Assembly (NCBI GenBank): GCA_012295275.1
Contig: CM022665.1
Span: 13,330,001 to 13,394,000, forward strand
Reading direction: 5' to 3'
DNA length: 64,000 nt
Source: Chrysomallon squamiferum
Taxonomy: Eukaryota > Animalia > Mollusca
How positions within the stretch are numbered: position 1 is the stretch's first letter; every line of letters starts with the position of its first letter. The position numbers were made by a program, and so were the translations under genes. The notes under the pieces were generated by a model. It had not been told where the DNA came from, made no database searches, and saw nothing but the letters and a program-made list of their open reading frames with translations. Below, piece after piece: positions 14,108 to 27,865 of this stretch.

Positions 14108-14219
14108 GTTCTAGATACCAGCCTTTGTTTAAAAAATAATAATAATAATAATAATAATAAAATCTCGAAAGGATACACGATGTCGATTACTACAGTAAAT
14201 GTTTTACTGTCAATTTACG
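13973..14219 (+). repeat. Direct repeat copy 2 (~245 bp)
   Basis: Near-identical to 12756-12980. Confidence 0.9.
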
Positions 14220-14288
14220 ACCGTTTTGTCATAGATTTTTAAAATGTATTTCTATCAACGACATGGTATCAGAAAAAAATGAAAAAAT

Positions 14289-14323
<35 letters not shown>

Positions 14324-16100
14324 AAACGAGAAAACAAGTTTTGTTTAATTATGGGTTTCATAACTGAGCCTTTGGCCTGTGTCTCCTCGTGTGACATATT
14401 CCTCGCCATATTTCCATTAAGTACTTTAAAAATGTGATTTGTATTGTTTACCTCTTTCCGTCACAGAATTTTGCGCTCCACTAATGACTTGCCTTTACTA
14501 ATTTGTCGACTTTTGTCGTCAATACAAATTATTTCAGTTCTCGTTAATAATCAATGATCTTCCGTCTGTCAAAGGCTAATTTGTATTTGTTTTTTTTAAA
14601 TTATACTTTCAATTAATTATTAGGTGTCACTGTTATTAATCTTTTTTCTTGCTGTATTTGTTTGTTCTGATAAAAACGGGGTGACATTTTTATTTATTTC
14701 AATAACTGACCTAGTAATAATTATAACAAGCTTTTATAATTGTATCTGTACGAAGTATAGATTACAGAATAACGTTATGTCGATACTTAATAATGTAATG
14801 TCAGTTCTTTTTGTCTCTTTTTGATTCTTTTCTTCATTTTCGTTTTTCTTCAGTAACTAATTGATTAGTTGGTTGATCGATAGACTAATTCGTTATCTTT
14901 TCATAATTAATAATTGTATTGCTTTGACTATCGTTTGAACCATCCACCTATCATCCATCCATCCAAACATCAATCAATATGTCTGTCAGGCTGGCTATTC
15001 TTTCTGTCTGCTTCTTTGATTTCCCCTTTCCTTTTCTGTCTATACTCAGGTGCGTATGTATGTGTGCATGAAGGTATGAACATATACAGCTACGTTTGTA
15101 TGAATTTATGAAGATACGTATGTACGTATACATACATATGTATGTATGTGTATATAGGTATGTAGGTAAATGTGTAGGGAGGAAGTTAAGTAGGTATATA
15201 GGGAGGGAGGGAGGTAAGCAGGTAGGTAGGTATATATGTATGTTTCACTGTTCAACTTTATCATTAAAATATCGCCAGATGATCTTAGTCAGTAGTCTCA
15301 TCTGTTGTAATGGTTTAACAACAGTTTGACAACAGTTAGTCTTTCACTGGTGAATATGATTCATACATTAACACCTGTAGGAGGATATGCTTGTCAATTC
15401 ACTACATAGTCATTCTTAGTAGAAAGAAGAAACCATATAAAATGCATCGATGGTTATTCAGTGCTCTTTAATAAATTATAAATAATAAACAATACGACTG
15501 TTAGTCCTCAATGAAGCCGGTAACAAATGATAACAAAACTAACGAATAATAACCTTTAAATTTTCGCTGCAAAAAAAATGATGAGTTCTTTAACAAATTT
15601 CTCTTAGTCACATCACTAAAACCGATTCAGTCATATAGCATTAAAATTAAAGTCTTTCATGTGAATTGCAATAAATGAGAAACATATCTTAATTAAAAAC
15701 TGTTATTACAAATTTGTTATTTGTTAAAGTATGGAATAATATTTTTAAGAGATATTAATTATCTAGTCGGTAAATAGTGAAGTGAAAATACATTACTGCA
15801 TAAACCAACTATAAACACACTCACACGCACGCACACACACACACACACATTACATAAAATAAACATTAACGTAGTCACATTTTTTATCTTTTTAAAAAAC
15901 TGCGTACATTGCATTAAAATTATTTGGTTTTAAATATAAAAAAAAGGTTAATAAAATGTGAACGCATCATAGAGAGAACTGTGGTGAACGTTAATGGAAA
16001 TGCTTAACATAAAATAAAAAATGGACTTCGCTTCCTTTTATAAAACGGAGTTATTCGGGATGGGAGAAATTAATTTTTAAAATTTTAACAGTATTATTTA

Positions 16101-16142
<42 letters not shown>

Positions 16143-18539
16143 TTAGAACATATCTCTTGAAACAAAATTTCCAGCATCAGAATGATTTTTACCCACACAG
16201 TGCTCGCCGGAATAACTTATTATCGAACACAAAGTCAACCACCTCGACTGTTGATGTTTTAGTTCAGGAATAAATATGTTTTTCTCGAGTGTCTTGTTCT
16301 TTGGCATACTCCACACAGACACAAATGAAGTCTACACTTTTATAAGTAAAAGAGCTAATTGTTCTATGAATCATTTACATGACAACCAACAAACAGTCGA
16401 TTGATCGCGCTTGAATATTGTGGGAACTTTCTCTTTTAGATTGTTTTGACCGTTATAAAAACTCATAGTAATCAATTTTACAATATGTTTAATGCTTACT
16501 TAGCATGTATGTACGGATTCAACCATCTATGCGAATTCAGTATGGAGACATATATAGAAACAAAAAACTGATATAAATATATAATTAAGCATAAATATAT
16601 GATTTCCAACGTTCACATTATACATACATTTTTATCTAAATATCTGAAACGATAGAGATGTTAGAAGACATACAGATATTCCAATGAATTGTATATATAT
16701 AATAAAATAATAAAAAAATAAAGTAAAAACAAACAAACAAACAAACCTTACATTAATATATAGTTATTTGATAGAATATTTAAAGTTAATAAATTATTCA
16801 GTATATATATGTAGCATCGTGTGTAAACTGAAGACAAAGCCAGTAACTTATTAATGTAAAATACGATGTATTAACACGAGGAAATACTCTCACTTGCAAA
16901 ACTAACAACAAAATGTTGTTTCTGTAACATTAGCATACATGAGAGGTTAAACAATTATTACTGTGAAATTAGATTAGTTTCAATTGCTATTGTCTTTGAT
17001 AAACATTTCTCAGTACTATAGGATTTGTGTGTATGTGTGCGCATACGTAATGATTTTTATCGCTTGTTTCAGTAAAAGTACATAACGATTATATTACTTG
17101 TTTTAGCTCGATCTTCTCTTTATGTTATCTTTACATTTCGATAAGACACTTCACAGTACTTGTTTAAAATAATGTGTCATCTGTTTTCAATTGTAAAACA
17201 TCGGATTATCAGAAATATAGAAATAAAAAGTTGTTTTTCTCTGTGTATGTGTGTTTGTTTCTAAATACGTATGTAATACGTATGTTTGTATGTACGTATG
17301 TATGTATGTACATAAGAATGTATGAATGTATGTATCATTGTGCAGACAGACTTCTGAAGAAACACAATCTACTCTTAAAGGCACTTCAGTCAAAGTAATA
17401 ATAATAATAACGTTAATAATAATAATAATAACAGCAACAGCAAAAGCAACAGCAACAAATACAATGACCGCAATGAGGATAAGATGCTGATGTTATAATG
17501 ATGACAGAGCTGATGCGAAATCTGGCGATGATGAATTCTTATAAAGATTCTTAAAATTGATGTACTGAATAATATTGGTATAGTAAATGATTATTAAAAA
17601 ACATGACTAAGACGAAAAAGAAGATGATAGAAAAAGAAAAAGAAGACGACAACGAAGAAGAAGCACGAATTAAAAAGCCCTTAAAGAAAGAGAAAAAAAA
17701 ATCATTATTGTGATGATGATGATGATGGTTCTTATGACCGTATATAAATAATAATGATAATAATGATGATTATAATTATTATTAAACACATCGAGTCTTC
17801 ATTATTCAATGTACAAATTCATTAAAAGGCATACGTGCAAATATATAAGAAAAAATAAAATAATCAAACAGTTCGCTGAGTGGAATGTATACAAATTTTT
17901 AATCATGAATAATATATAAAATATTTGGTTAAATGAGTTACATATTTTTAGACAAATAAACTTGGTCAATCAGCCATGATAACGAACTAGCATATAATTC
18001 ATCCACATGTACTGACTACGATTTTTTGTAACAAATAGCAGTTTCTGTTTTGGTGTTTGTTAAAGCGAATCAACATATGATTTTGAAACAAAAAAAGCTA
18101 AATAATATTTTTGTTTGACTATAACACATTTATTTATTTTCTATCACTGGTCGTTGGATACTGGTATTTCTGACATAATAACAGTCTTAATAACAATCAC
18201 AATAACTCCATAAACATCAAGAGATATGTTTTATTTTCATTTTTCAAATCGCAGGACAATACACACCTGGTCTGAGAACAGGATTTATCTCATTAATGCA
18301 CCGAAAGTGATCGATCTAAACAAACCTAAACAAACTTTGAAAACCAATTTTGATAAAAAAAAAATAAAAAAATAAAAAATTTAAGCATCTGTTGTTTTGG
18401 ATTAAACAACACAAATAAATACCAATTTATTTATAAATACTAATGTTAAATTTAGATAAAACTATCTTCAGCATCGACAGTCTTAAAATAAACTCGACAA
18501 TTACGTCTGTTCTGCGCTTTATTTTCTCTGTTTTTTTTT

Positions 18540-18860
18540 CTCTCACTCTACTAGAGCGCGAAAACTTTCACTTTTCTCTTTCGCGGCCACGAAATTCTGC
18601 ACAAGAAACACGTGATTTCGTATTGCTTTGTAGATGATGTAACCGAAACAAACTCTGGTCCGTGAATAATCGGACAGCGATCGGAACACTTGATATCCAT
18701 AGAGAATGAAGCCAATTTTATGCCTCAATGAAAAATTTTGGAGTGATTAGCGATTAACTATCGAGCTAAGATTTGGGACAGAAAGAAAAAAAAAGTAAAA
18801 TAACCAGTAACTGCTTCGTCAAGAGCAAGAATGGATAGAATGCTAGAAAAATGTCCTGTG
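18540..18860 (+). promoter_or_regulatory. Promoter-like CpG-containing island and candidate first exon
   Basis: E2F-like GCGCGAAA (18556) and TTTCGCGG (18579), E-box CACGTG (18609), and a short ORF MDRMLEKCPV from 18831 running into the donor GTG|GTGAGT at 18860. Confidence 0.4.
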
Positions 18861-18873
18861 GTGAGTAAAATAA

Positions 18874-18915
<42 letters not shown>

Positions 18916-19094
18916 AATGTATTTGCTTTCAGAACAGTGCATTACATGAACGGTTTATGGACGATATTTTCTATAACAGTGTATATGGTATGTGCTGACG
19001 GATCTTCTTGACAGATATTTATATATCACTGTTTCAGCTAGGTTTGAAAAAAATATGTTTATGCACGTGTGTATGTATGTATATATGTGTTTAT

Positions 19095-19127
<33 letters not shown>

Positions 19128-19624
19128 ATGCGTGCGTAGGTATATGTATGTAATGTATGTATGCATATACATATATATACGTGGGTAGGTATATGTGTGT
19201 TTCAGTGTATTTAGCAATATGTCATTTGTGAATTATTTGTGTGTTGTTTCAGATCCAGGGATAACAAAGAGATGAAAATTGATTTTTGTGTACATCATAA
19301 TTATTATTATAGTACTTACAACAGGTTTTTGTACATCCGTGAATGAATGAATATTTGTTAACGGTATGTCTGCACAATTTATTAAATTTAATATCATATA
19401 AGTATTATACATGGATAGAAGTTTACAAAATCGTGTTGCCCCATTCATTAAAAAGAACTAAATTAATCAATAAGTGAGCTAAAGAGGTTCGATCCAGCGA
19501 TCGATCACGTATTAAGCTAACACTCCGTTATTTCAAAACAGATGTATATGAAATCAATTAAGTGAATACGTAATATTAGAAACTATTATTAGGTGTGACG
19601 CTTACGTAAATATGTGTAAAATCC

Positions 19625-19830
19625 TATACCGCTTCATTATGAGTTACTTTTATCTTCTAGCTGCAAGGAATTATTTTTCTGATCCTTAGAGTGGAAGGCA
19701 CAAACTTGTGTCTTTGATTAATCAGTCAGTGGGAACGAGCCATTAGGAAAGTAAATAATTTCTACCTCTGAGGAGGATCGATCCCACAATACATCACGTC
19801 TTATGCTAGAACTCAATCCGTGGATTACAA
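19625..19830 (-). mobile_element. Decayed SINE-like copy
   Basis: The minus strand has a tRNA-head-like 'gggatcgatcctc' followed by blocks resembling the plus-strand copies at 37205 and 41085 (e.g. 'ttccttgcagctagaagataaaaagtaactcat'). Confidence 0.4.
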
Positions 19831-21915
19831 AACAATGAAATTACTTAACTATATCAGAAACTGTGATTAGTATCTGTAATTATCCGATATATTATGATTA
19901 AAAGCAGAAACTTCCAATTCCCCCTCCAAAAAAAAAAACATCCTCTAAGAAATAATTATTATCTGTATTTGTCATATAGACAATATTCTGATACAATATC
20001 ATTAAAAACAGAAACCCCAAATACCCCTAAAACCCACCATCCTTTAAGATTTTCTATTTTTATTTTTTTTTTACTTTATTATTATTATTATTATTATTAT
20101 TATTTTTTTTTTTTTTTATTATTATCTATAATTAATTCTTTATTTAACAGACCTGCAGTAAAATAAATCTATAACAAATACAATTAATATTATCTATATT
20201 TGATATCATATTTACAGTTATTCTGGCGCAAATGCATTGTAAGGATTTAGAAATCGATTTTATGTTATACATACACAATACTCGATTTCTAGCATTACAA
20301 CAATAACATGCTAACCGGCTCAAAAAATTGTTGTGTTTAAACTTAGGTAGGTATTATGTATGAATTAAAATGACAACTGGAAATTAATGTTATCACTTCA
20401 CAATCAATTATTATGATTTTTTTTAACGATAGCTCAACACACTCATATGTTTCTTGTATACTAGCAATGATTATACTAGATATCACAGCTGATATCAAAG
20501 CATGGGTCACTCTTACTAATTAGTACAAGGAATATTTCTCATAGACAGATAATAACATGCCACGACATTTGAAAAAACAGAACCTGATTACTGCTTGGAT
20601 CTATGACAGCCAAAAAACAGTAGATAGCATATGCTTCATGTTATTGCCGTAACAGTTAATTATAGCCCATTCAGTTCTATTAACAAACCAAAATATAACA
20701 CTGACAGTTATTTCTCGTTTTACAGCTATTTTTTTTAATTATTATTATTTTTTTATCTCTCGATCTGTGTCTGTTTGTCTGTCTGTCTAAGTATCTCTTT
20801 ATCTCTGTCTGTATATAGCTAATTTGATTTGATTTCACTCTAAAATTGGATTTCACAAAGATTAAGGAACTTTCTTAGCTGCTTAATCGCTTTGATTATA
20901 CTTATAAAATGTTCACGTGAATAAAACAAAAATCTGGAAAAATAGTTTCATGCGTTGACTGGGTGGAATGCTTAGCTGCATCTATAAGTGATTAGTATTG
21001 TTTTGTTTTCTCCCTGTGAAGCCTTATCTTCTTTTCTTTTTTTTAACTCATTAAAAAAAAAAAAAAAAAAAAAAAAAAATGAAATTCTGAAAGCATTTAC
21101 TATCAAGTTCCAGACCTCTGTTTTCTTATAATCTTTACTGAATACCGACATTTAATTCAGTTATAAAACTTTATCAGTTCAGCTATTTCAGAAAAACAGC
21201 AAATAAAATGATTCACTATTTACATAAATAAATAAATAAATAAATAAATACACAAACGACTCTACGTACATAAATACCTACGCACCTACTACCAACAGAC
21301 AAACATAAATACAGACAGACAACATACATATATCCACACACTAACACGTCCATCCATCCATCCATCCATCCATCCATCCATACATACATACATACATGTA
21401 CACATGCACACACACACAAACTTTTAACACAAATAGAAAAACACACAGTATTTTGGATCACTGTTGATAATTTTTATCTAATCGTGTTCATCCCAGCAGC
21501 CATACACAGTTAACTAAAACGCTACATCGTTTCATCACCACAACATAAACAAACGATTAACTCAATCTGAACTCTGAAATTAAAGTGAAAAAAAAAGGTT
21601 TCGGAGTCGAAATCTGGTTTTATTACTTTGTCCGCTTTGGTCTTGGCGATGCAATTAATAGTTAATGTTAACGTTCAAGGTTAGCATGACCTTTTCAAAA
21701 CGAGGATGCTATCACGGACCATTCTTAGGGATGATTTCACACTCGTACGAGAGTAAGTATAAATTAGACAGGTTAACACGTAGAGATGTAAAATAAATCC
21801 CAGTCTCTCTTTGATCATTTCGAAGCAATGCAAGTCAGAGCGCGGTGAAAGAGCTTGGTAAGTGATACTTGCCCGTTATCTTTCAATATAATTGCTGTTG
21901 TTATTACTGTTGTTG

Positions 21916-21971
<56 letters not shown>

Positions 21972-22644
21972 ATTCATCATCATCAAAATACGTTACGTTT
22001 CTATGCCATTTATGAGTTTTAAATCAACATACAAGCCCAGCTACTTTTCTGATCAGTACATAGCAAACTTAACAACAACAATAACAGCAGCAACAACAAC
22101 AACAATACTACTACTACAACTGGAACTACTACTGCTACTACTAATTTCTCTTAATCAGACTAATTTGGGTGGTTTTTTGGCAGTTTCTCCAAGTAACGTC
22201 GTTGCTGAAGCAGTTTCAAAATAGGAACAGAACATTTCTAAATGAAGAACAATATTTATGATAACTGTACGTAAATAATAATTATTAAAATATTGTTGAA
22301 TAATATATTAAAAAAAAAAAGGAAGCTTAAAACGCCACAGCTTTCCATTAGGAATTCCGGTTGTGACTCGTTTGACACCACGTGACTGGCTATAGGCTAA
22401 TCAGACAGTTATTTATAGCAATGGTATTTATAAAATCGGTCACATTTTTAACATTTTTTAGTAATGAAATTAACCAGTGCTATTGTTCATACTAAATAAT
22501 ACTGTATATATAATAGTGTTTAAAGTACTTAAAAGTCATGATGTAGTCTGAGTAGTGATTTAAACCTACAATAACCAAGCTCTGATACTTTTACAGTTAT
22601 TATTATTATTATATTTTATCTAATTTTTTTATTTTATTATTTTT

Positions 22645-22691
<47 letters not shown>

Positions 22692-23191
22692 TTTATTTTT
22701 TATTTATATATAATTTTTTTTTCAATTACTGCTTCTGCATTATGCCAAAGCTTTATTCGGTATAACTAAGATTTTTTTTCCTTCGTTTATTTAATTTCTT
22801 CGTTTATTTATAGTTTTGTTTTTTAATCCCTCTAACTCTACCTTCCAGAGTGATATATACTGTTACCCTGGAAAAAAAAAATATATATATTCTATTAAAA
22901 TATTGCAGCTTGTTTACGTTATATAATAAATCACCATACATCAATCACATCTTTTTCTTTAGTACATTGTTATTTGTATATCGTATCAAACTAATTATTT
23001 AATATCATTAAAGTTCCAGATTCATTGAATTTTAGATAATGTTTCGCTGTTGGTTTCCTTCTTTAATTAAATAAAATGTCAGCATATTTATTTTAGTTTG
23101 AAATTTATGTTTTCTGTTGATTTTATTTTTTGTTGTTAATTACTGATGATTTCGTTACCTTATTTTATTTTATCCAATTAATATATTTTTG

Positions 23192-23230
<39 letters not shown>

Positions 23231-23343
23231 ATTTCATGTTTTGTTGTTTTTCATTATTTGTTTTTATCTTTTTTTTTCTGCATTGCAGTCAGACAGTATT
23301 TCTTCATTTTATTCTTTATCTGTTACTTTGTATTTATCCTTTA

Positions 23344-23346
<3 letters not shown>

Positions 23347-23427
<81 letters not shown>
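23347..23427. repeat. (CT)n microsatellite
   Basis: Direct reading. Confidence 0.95.
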
Positions 23428-23429
<2 letters not shown>

Positions 23430-25248
23430 GCCTGTCACACTTTCTCGTACGCCTATATATTTATTATTCGTTAGCCCGTTTTATCTTTATTTATCTAGCT
23501 ATATTATACTTACCTATATACTTATGTAACTACCGTCAGACCTATCTACCTCTCTATCTATCTGTATATCTGTCTCTCCATTTGTCTACCTTTGTATGTA
23601 TGTATTCATGTATACTGTCTCTCTCTTTTATTACAAACTGTCTGGATAACTATTAAGTATGAACGTATGTGTATGTTTGAATGTACGTATGTATGTATGC
23701 CTGTCTGCATATATATGTGGACAAATGTACACAGGTAAGTATGTACATATATTGGTAGGTAGATGTATGTTTATGTGTGTCTGTGTGTGCGTTGGCGAAC
23801 GCGTATTGCAGCAGTTTTAATTTCAGTCTTCACCCTGCTGGAAGTATTTAAGCACACGTCGTCAAAATATAATATTATCTGTACAACAAACTAATATTTC
23901 ACATCTCAAGTACGTTCTGTTTACACAGTGTTCGTTGGGGTGACATAACCAGTGTTTACTCGCTTGCATGCCCTGTCACCGAACATATGATATATGTTTA
24001 TTTTTGAGACACAGCTCTGTGTAAACAGCCAGTGAAAGTAACCTGCAGGAAAAGCAGTTGTCTGCTTTTAACACGTCGATCCTATTAGACTTGAAATGAT
24101 AAATTAGACATATTGGAAAAAAGTGAAGAGGACTGTCATAGCTATCTTGACATAGAGACCGCGTGCCGTAACACTCGTAAATACATAATATTATAACATA
24201 GCAGAAATTACACTGTTTAATTATTGGTGGTATTACTTTGGTTTGTTGGCCTATTAAAAATATATATTACGATGTGTATTTATTAACACACTAAACGAAA
24301 TGTTATGTTGTTTATTTATCAGTGTATTAAAGTTTATATTACTAATATATGCATTATGTGAAATATTACGTTATTTAGTAGCATATTAAAATATTTAATT
24401 ATCGTTCAAAACGGAAATAAATGATGTATTATAAGTTTGTAAAAGTTATATTACCATCTTTGTTTACAAGTGTATTTTAATGTTTATTTATAAGAGCGTT
24501 AAAGGACAAATCATGATGCTTAATTGTTTAAACGATACATTTCTTTGTCGCAGGTTCTATCATCCTCATCGCGCCGATTGGGATATTTGCCATTCTAGCC
24601 AGAACCTATGGCCGTTATAGCAAATATTCTGTTTCTGGGGAGATGCATAAATAAGCAAATTAATGAATAAGTGAACATTTGTTTAACATTTTTAATTTTA
24701 GTGAAAATATGATGTCAACATGTGGTTTTTATTATTTATAATTCAGTAGTGGTGTGCAACACAAACGGATTATTTATGTGAATTATCGTGTTTGTAGACT
24801 GATCAAATACAATTTCCTTTACATAAATAAATAAATAAATATAAGGTTGTCATTTCGTGGTGTTTGCAAAAAATAATGTAACAAAACTGATATAAGATCT
24901 GATATATTTATATGTCATTTGATAGTATATATTTTAATTTTATTCATTTATTCATACATACACTATTTATTTATTTATTATTTTATTTTGGTACTGACCA
25001 CTGCAACCGAACTTTGTAAATATAATGTTGGCCTTGAGGGGAGACAGATTTTAAATATTTATTGCCTACTCATACCATGCAAAGATCAGAAGAAAATACG
25101 TCAGAAGTGAGTGAAATTTTAATAAACATTTTACTTTATTTTTAATTTACAACCACTGAGGTAAATGGGGATATCGACTAATAATAAACATATACCAGGT
25201 ATGTTACAAACTAAAAAGTATAACTCGGGAATATACATATATACATAG

Positions 25249-25251
<3 letters not shown>

Positions 25252-25297
<46 letters not shown>

Positions 25298-25346
25298 TAC
25301 ATACATACATACATACATACACACATACATACATATATATATATAT
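25252..25346. repeat. Compound (CA)n/(CATA)n/(TA)n microsatellite
   Basis: Direct reading. Confidence 0.9.
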
Positions 25347-25539
25347 TAAGGCGCATTTTTTCTTGGAATATAATTGTGTATAGTTGTAATGCTAGTGACA
25401 GATATGCATAATATTGCAGCCTATGTCTTATATTTCTTTTCTTTTTTCTTTCACATATGAACGTACATAATATATTCACATATACATAAAAACAAAACAT
25501 ATGGAAATATACCTACCTATCTACATACATAAATATTCG

Positions 25540-25580
<41 letters not shown>

Positions 25581-26193
25581 GCACATTCACACACACATTC
25601 ACACATACAAAGCTGATATCTTAAGAACTTATTTTATCCTTCACTCCTTGAAACACAACAAAAATACATATACACCATATACATAGATATACGTAGAAAC
25701 ATTGGCCTACATATATACACATTCATGCATACATACTTACATACAAGTAAATACACATATAAACATACATGTATACACCCACATACACACATTCATACAC
25801 TGATATACAAATAAAAATACATACTAATACGCATAGAAAATAACTTCAGTGATAATTTGTTTGTTTTTTTCTTAAAACTGAGAGGTCAGAATGACATACC
25901 ACACACAGAGAGTGAATCATATCATAAAATTAAACATAGACCTCTTCATACAACACTAAAACATTCAGGAGGTTTTCTTGTTTATCAGCCTCATTTAGTA
26001 ACTTCTTTCATTTGAGGCTGCATACTCTCTTACGAATTTATTTCCCTAGAAAGTAAACGCAAAGACGTTTACATTTAAATAAAGTCAAGTACTAGAGATC
26101 ATGGTATTTTAATTTTATAAATATATAATTTTACATTTAAGTATATATAGATATCAACGTAATATTATTTATGATTCGTGTACTTTTAATTTT

Positions 26194-26334
26194 GATTTTT
26201 TCCTTTGTGTTTTCCTTTTGAAAATTCTTAAATTGTCCTTGTCAACCATCCATTTAAATATCACAAATCTTTAAATGGATGGTAGACACGGACAATTTAA
26301 GAATTTTCAAAAGGAAAACACAAAGGAAAAAATC
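26194..26334. repeat. Near-perfect inverted repeat (65-bp arms, 11-nt loop, 2 mismatches)
   Basis: Left arm 26194-26258 (gattttttcctttgtgttttccttttgaaaattcttaaattgtccttgtcaaccatccatttaaa) is the reverse complement of 26270-26334 except at two positions; the loop is tatcacaaatc. Confidence 0.95.
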
Positions 26335-27683
26335 TACGTAGCTGTTTATTTGTTCATCTTTCTGTCTCTGTTTTCTATAGATCTCTTTTTAAGTTTTATT
26401 TTGTGGTTTTTTAATATGTAATTATCCTCCTCATCATCATCCATTCTTTATTATATTATATAGTGGGTTATATATTTTAATTGTTACAGATTATGTGGAC
26501 AAATTTTCTATGGTCTTTGCATCAACAAATCAAGTGGTTTTATTGCGATGAAATGAAGTGAGGCACACACACACACACACACACACTTCCTACAATCAGT
26601 TTTGTTTTGTTGTTTTTTTTATTTGAAAAATAACATGAATTGTTATTAAAGAACTGTTTTGATTTGATGGAAGTTTTTTAAGCGAGGACGAAATCAATAC
26701 GCATGAATCTACTACTGTAGAGAGCGGTTTCCTGAGAAATAAAAAGTTAATTTTATTTAGGGTTACAGGATAAACGAAATAACTAGTTACTGTCTTAACA
26801 TATGAGCTTCCCTCATTTCCCTCTATTCATCAATTTTGAGTTATATATTGAGTTCACTTTAATATTTTACCAAATTTCTTCAGGAGGGTGATAATATATC
26901 TCCGGTATACATCATACATAAACAGTGAGAAAAAAAAAAAAAAAAAAATATATATATTTTCTTCTATCCCTTTTAACGGATATTTTGAATCCTAAAAGCA
27001 ATTTCGATGCTCGGTTCAAGCTGTTTTAATAAATACAAGGCCACTGATATCCAGAGACGGACAGTACTAGGTAAATTTGGTCATTATCTCGTATCAGATT
27101 ACTTAATTTCTTCATATACTTTCTTATGTTAACACACAGTGGGTCTATCCTGGATATTATCAAGTGTGAATATAATTTCAGTCTCGTTTTCACAAAGTGC
27201 AGATTCATTTAGTTTATCTATCATATTAGTTTCGTGCACATAACTACGTAGAGTGGTCTGCCCATTGTTGAAATAAACGCCGTCTGTCGGGTGTGTTCTA
27301 AAACGATGTAATTTCGACCATGCAAACAAAAAGCCGTTAAAGCGTAATGAGTCTGTTAGTTTATGAATGATGCACACAAATATTAAATAACTCATAGGCG
27401 TGTTTTGTTCGGTATATCATAATTTTGATTTTTAACTACTGTACGCATTTACCCTTTGATGTTACACAACATTTGTAATAATATGAATACATTTCAATTT
27501 ATTAATTATATGCACTGGGTTCAAGTTAGTTGTTGTTTTGACAAAATAATTTACTTTATTCCTGTTTTATTAATTAAATATTTACACACATCGAAGGTGA
27601 CTAATGGTAAACAGAATGTGTTGTAAATGTTCTCATTTCAGGGTGTATGAAAATTTAATTGTACTGTTCGCATTATTACTGGG

Positions 27684-27737
<54 letters not shown>

Positions 27738-27827
27738 TATTATTTATTATTATTATTTTTAATGAATATATCTTATATGTGTTCATGTAAATGTGCGCGT
27801 TCGTTTATGTGTGTGTGTTTCTGGGTG

Positions 27828-27865
<38 letters not shown>

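Noticed and set aside
23130-23656. ORFs with SLSLSL, ERERER, YIYIY or poly-F/I/L runs (also near 21892, 25131-25686, 30079, 31161, 34218, 40500, 44126-44736 and 45646-45987)
   Set aside because: They are translations of microsatellites and homopolymer tracts with no coding signal
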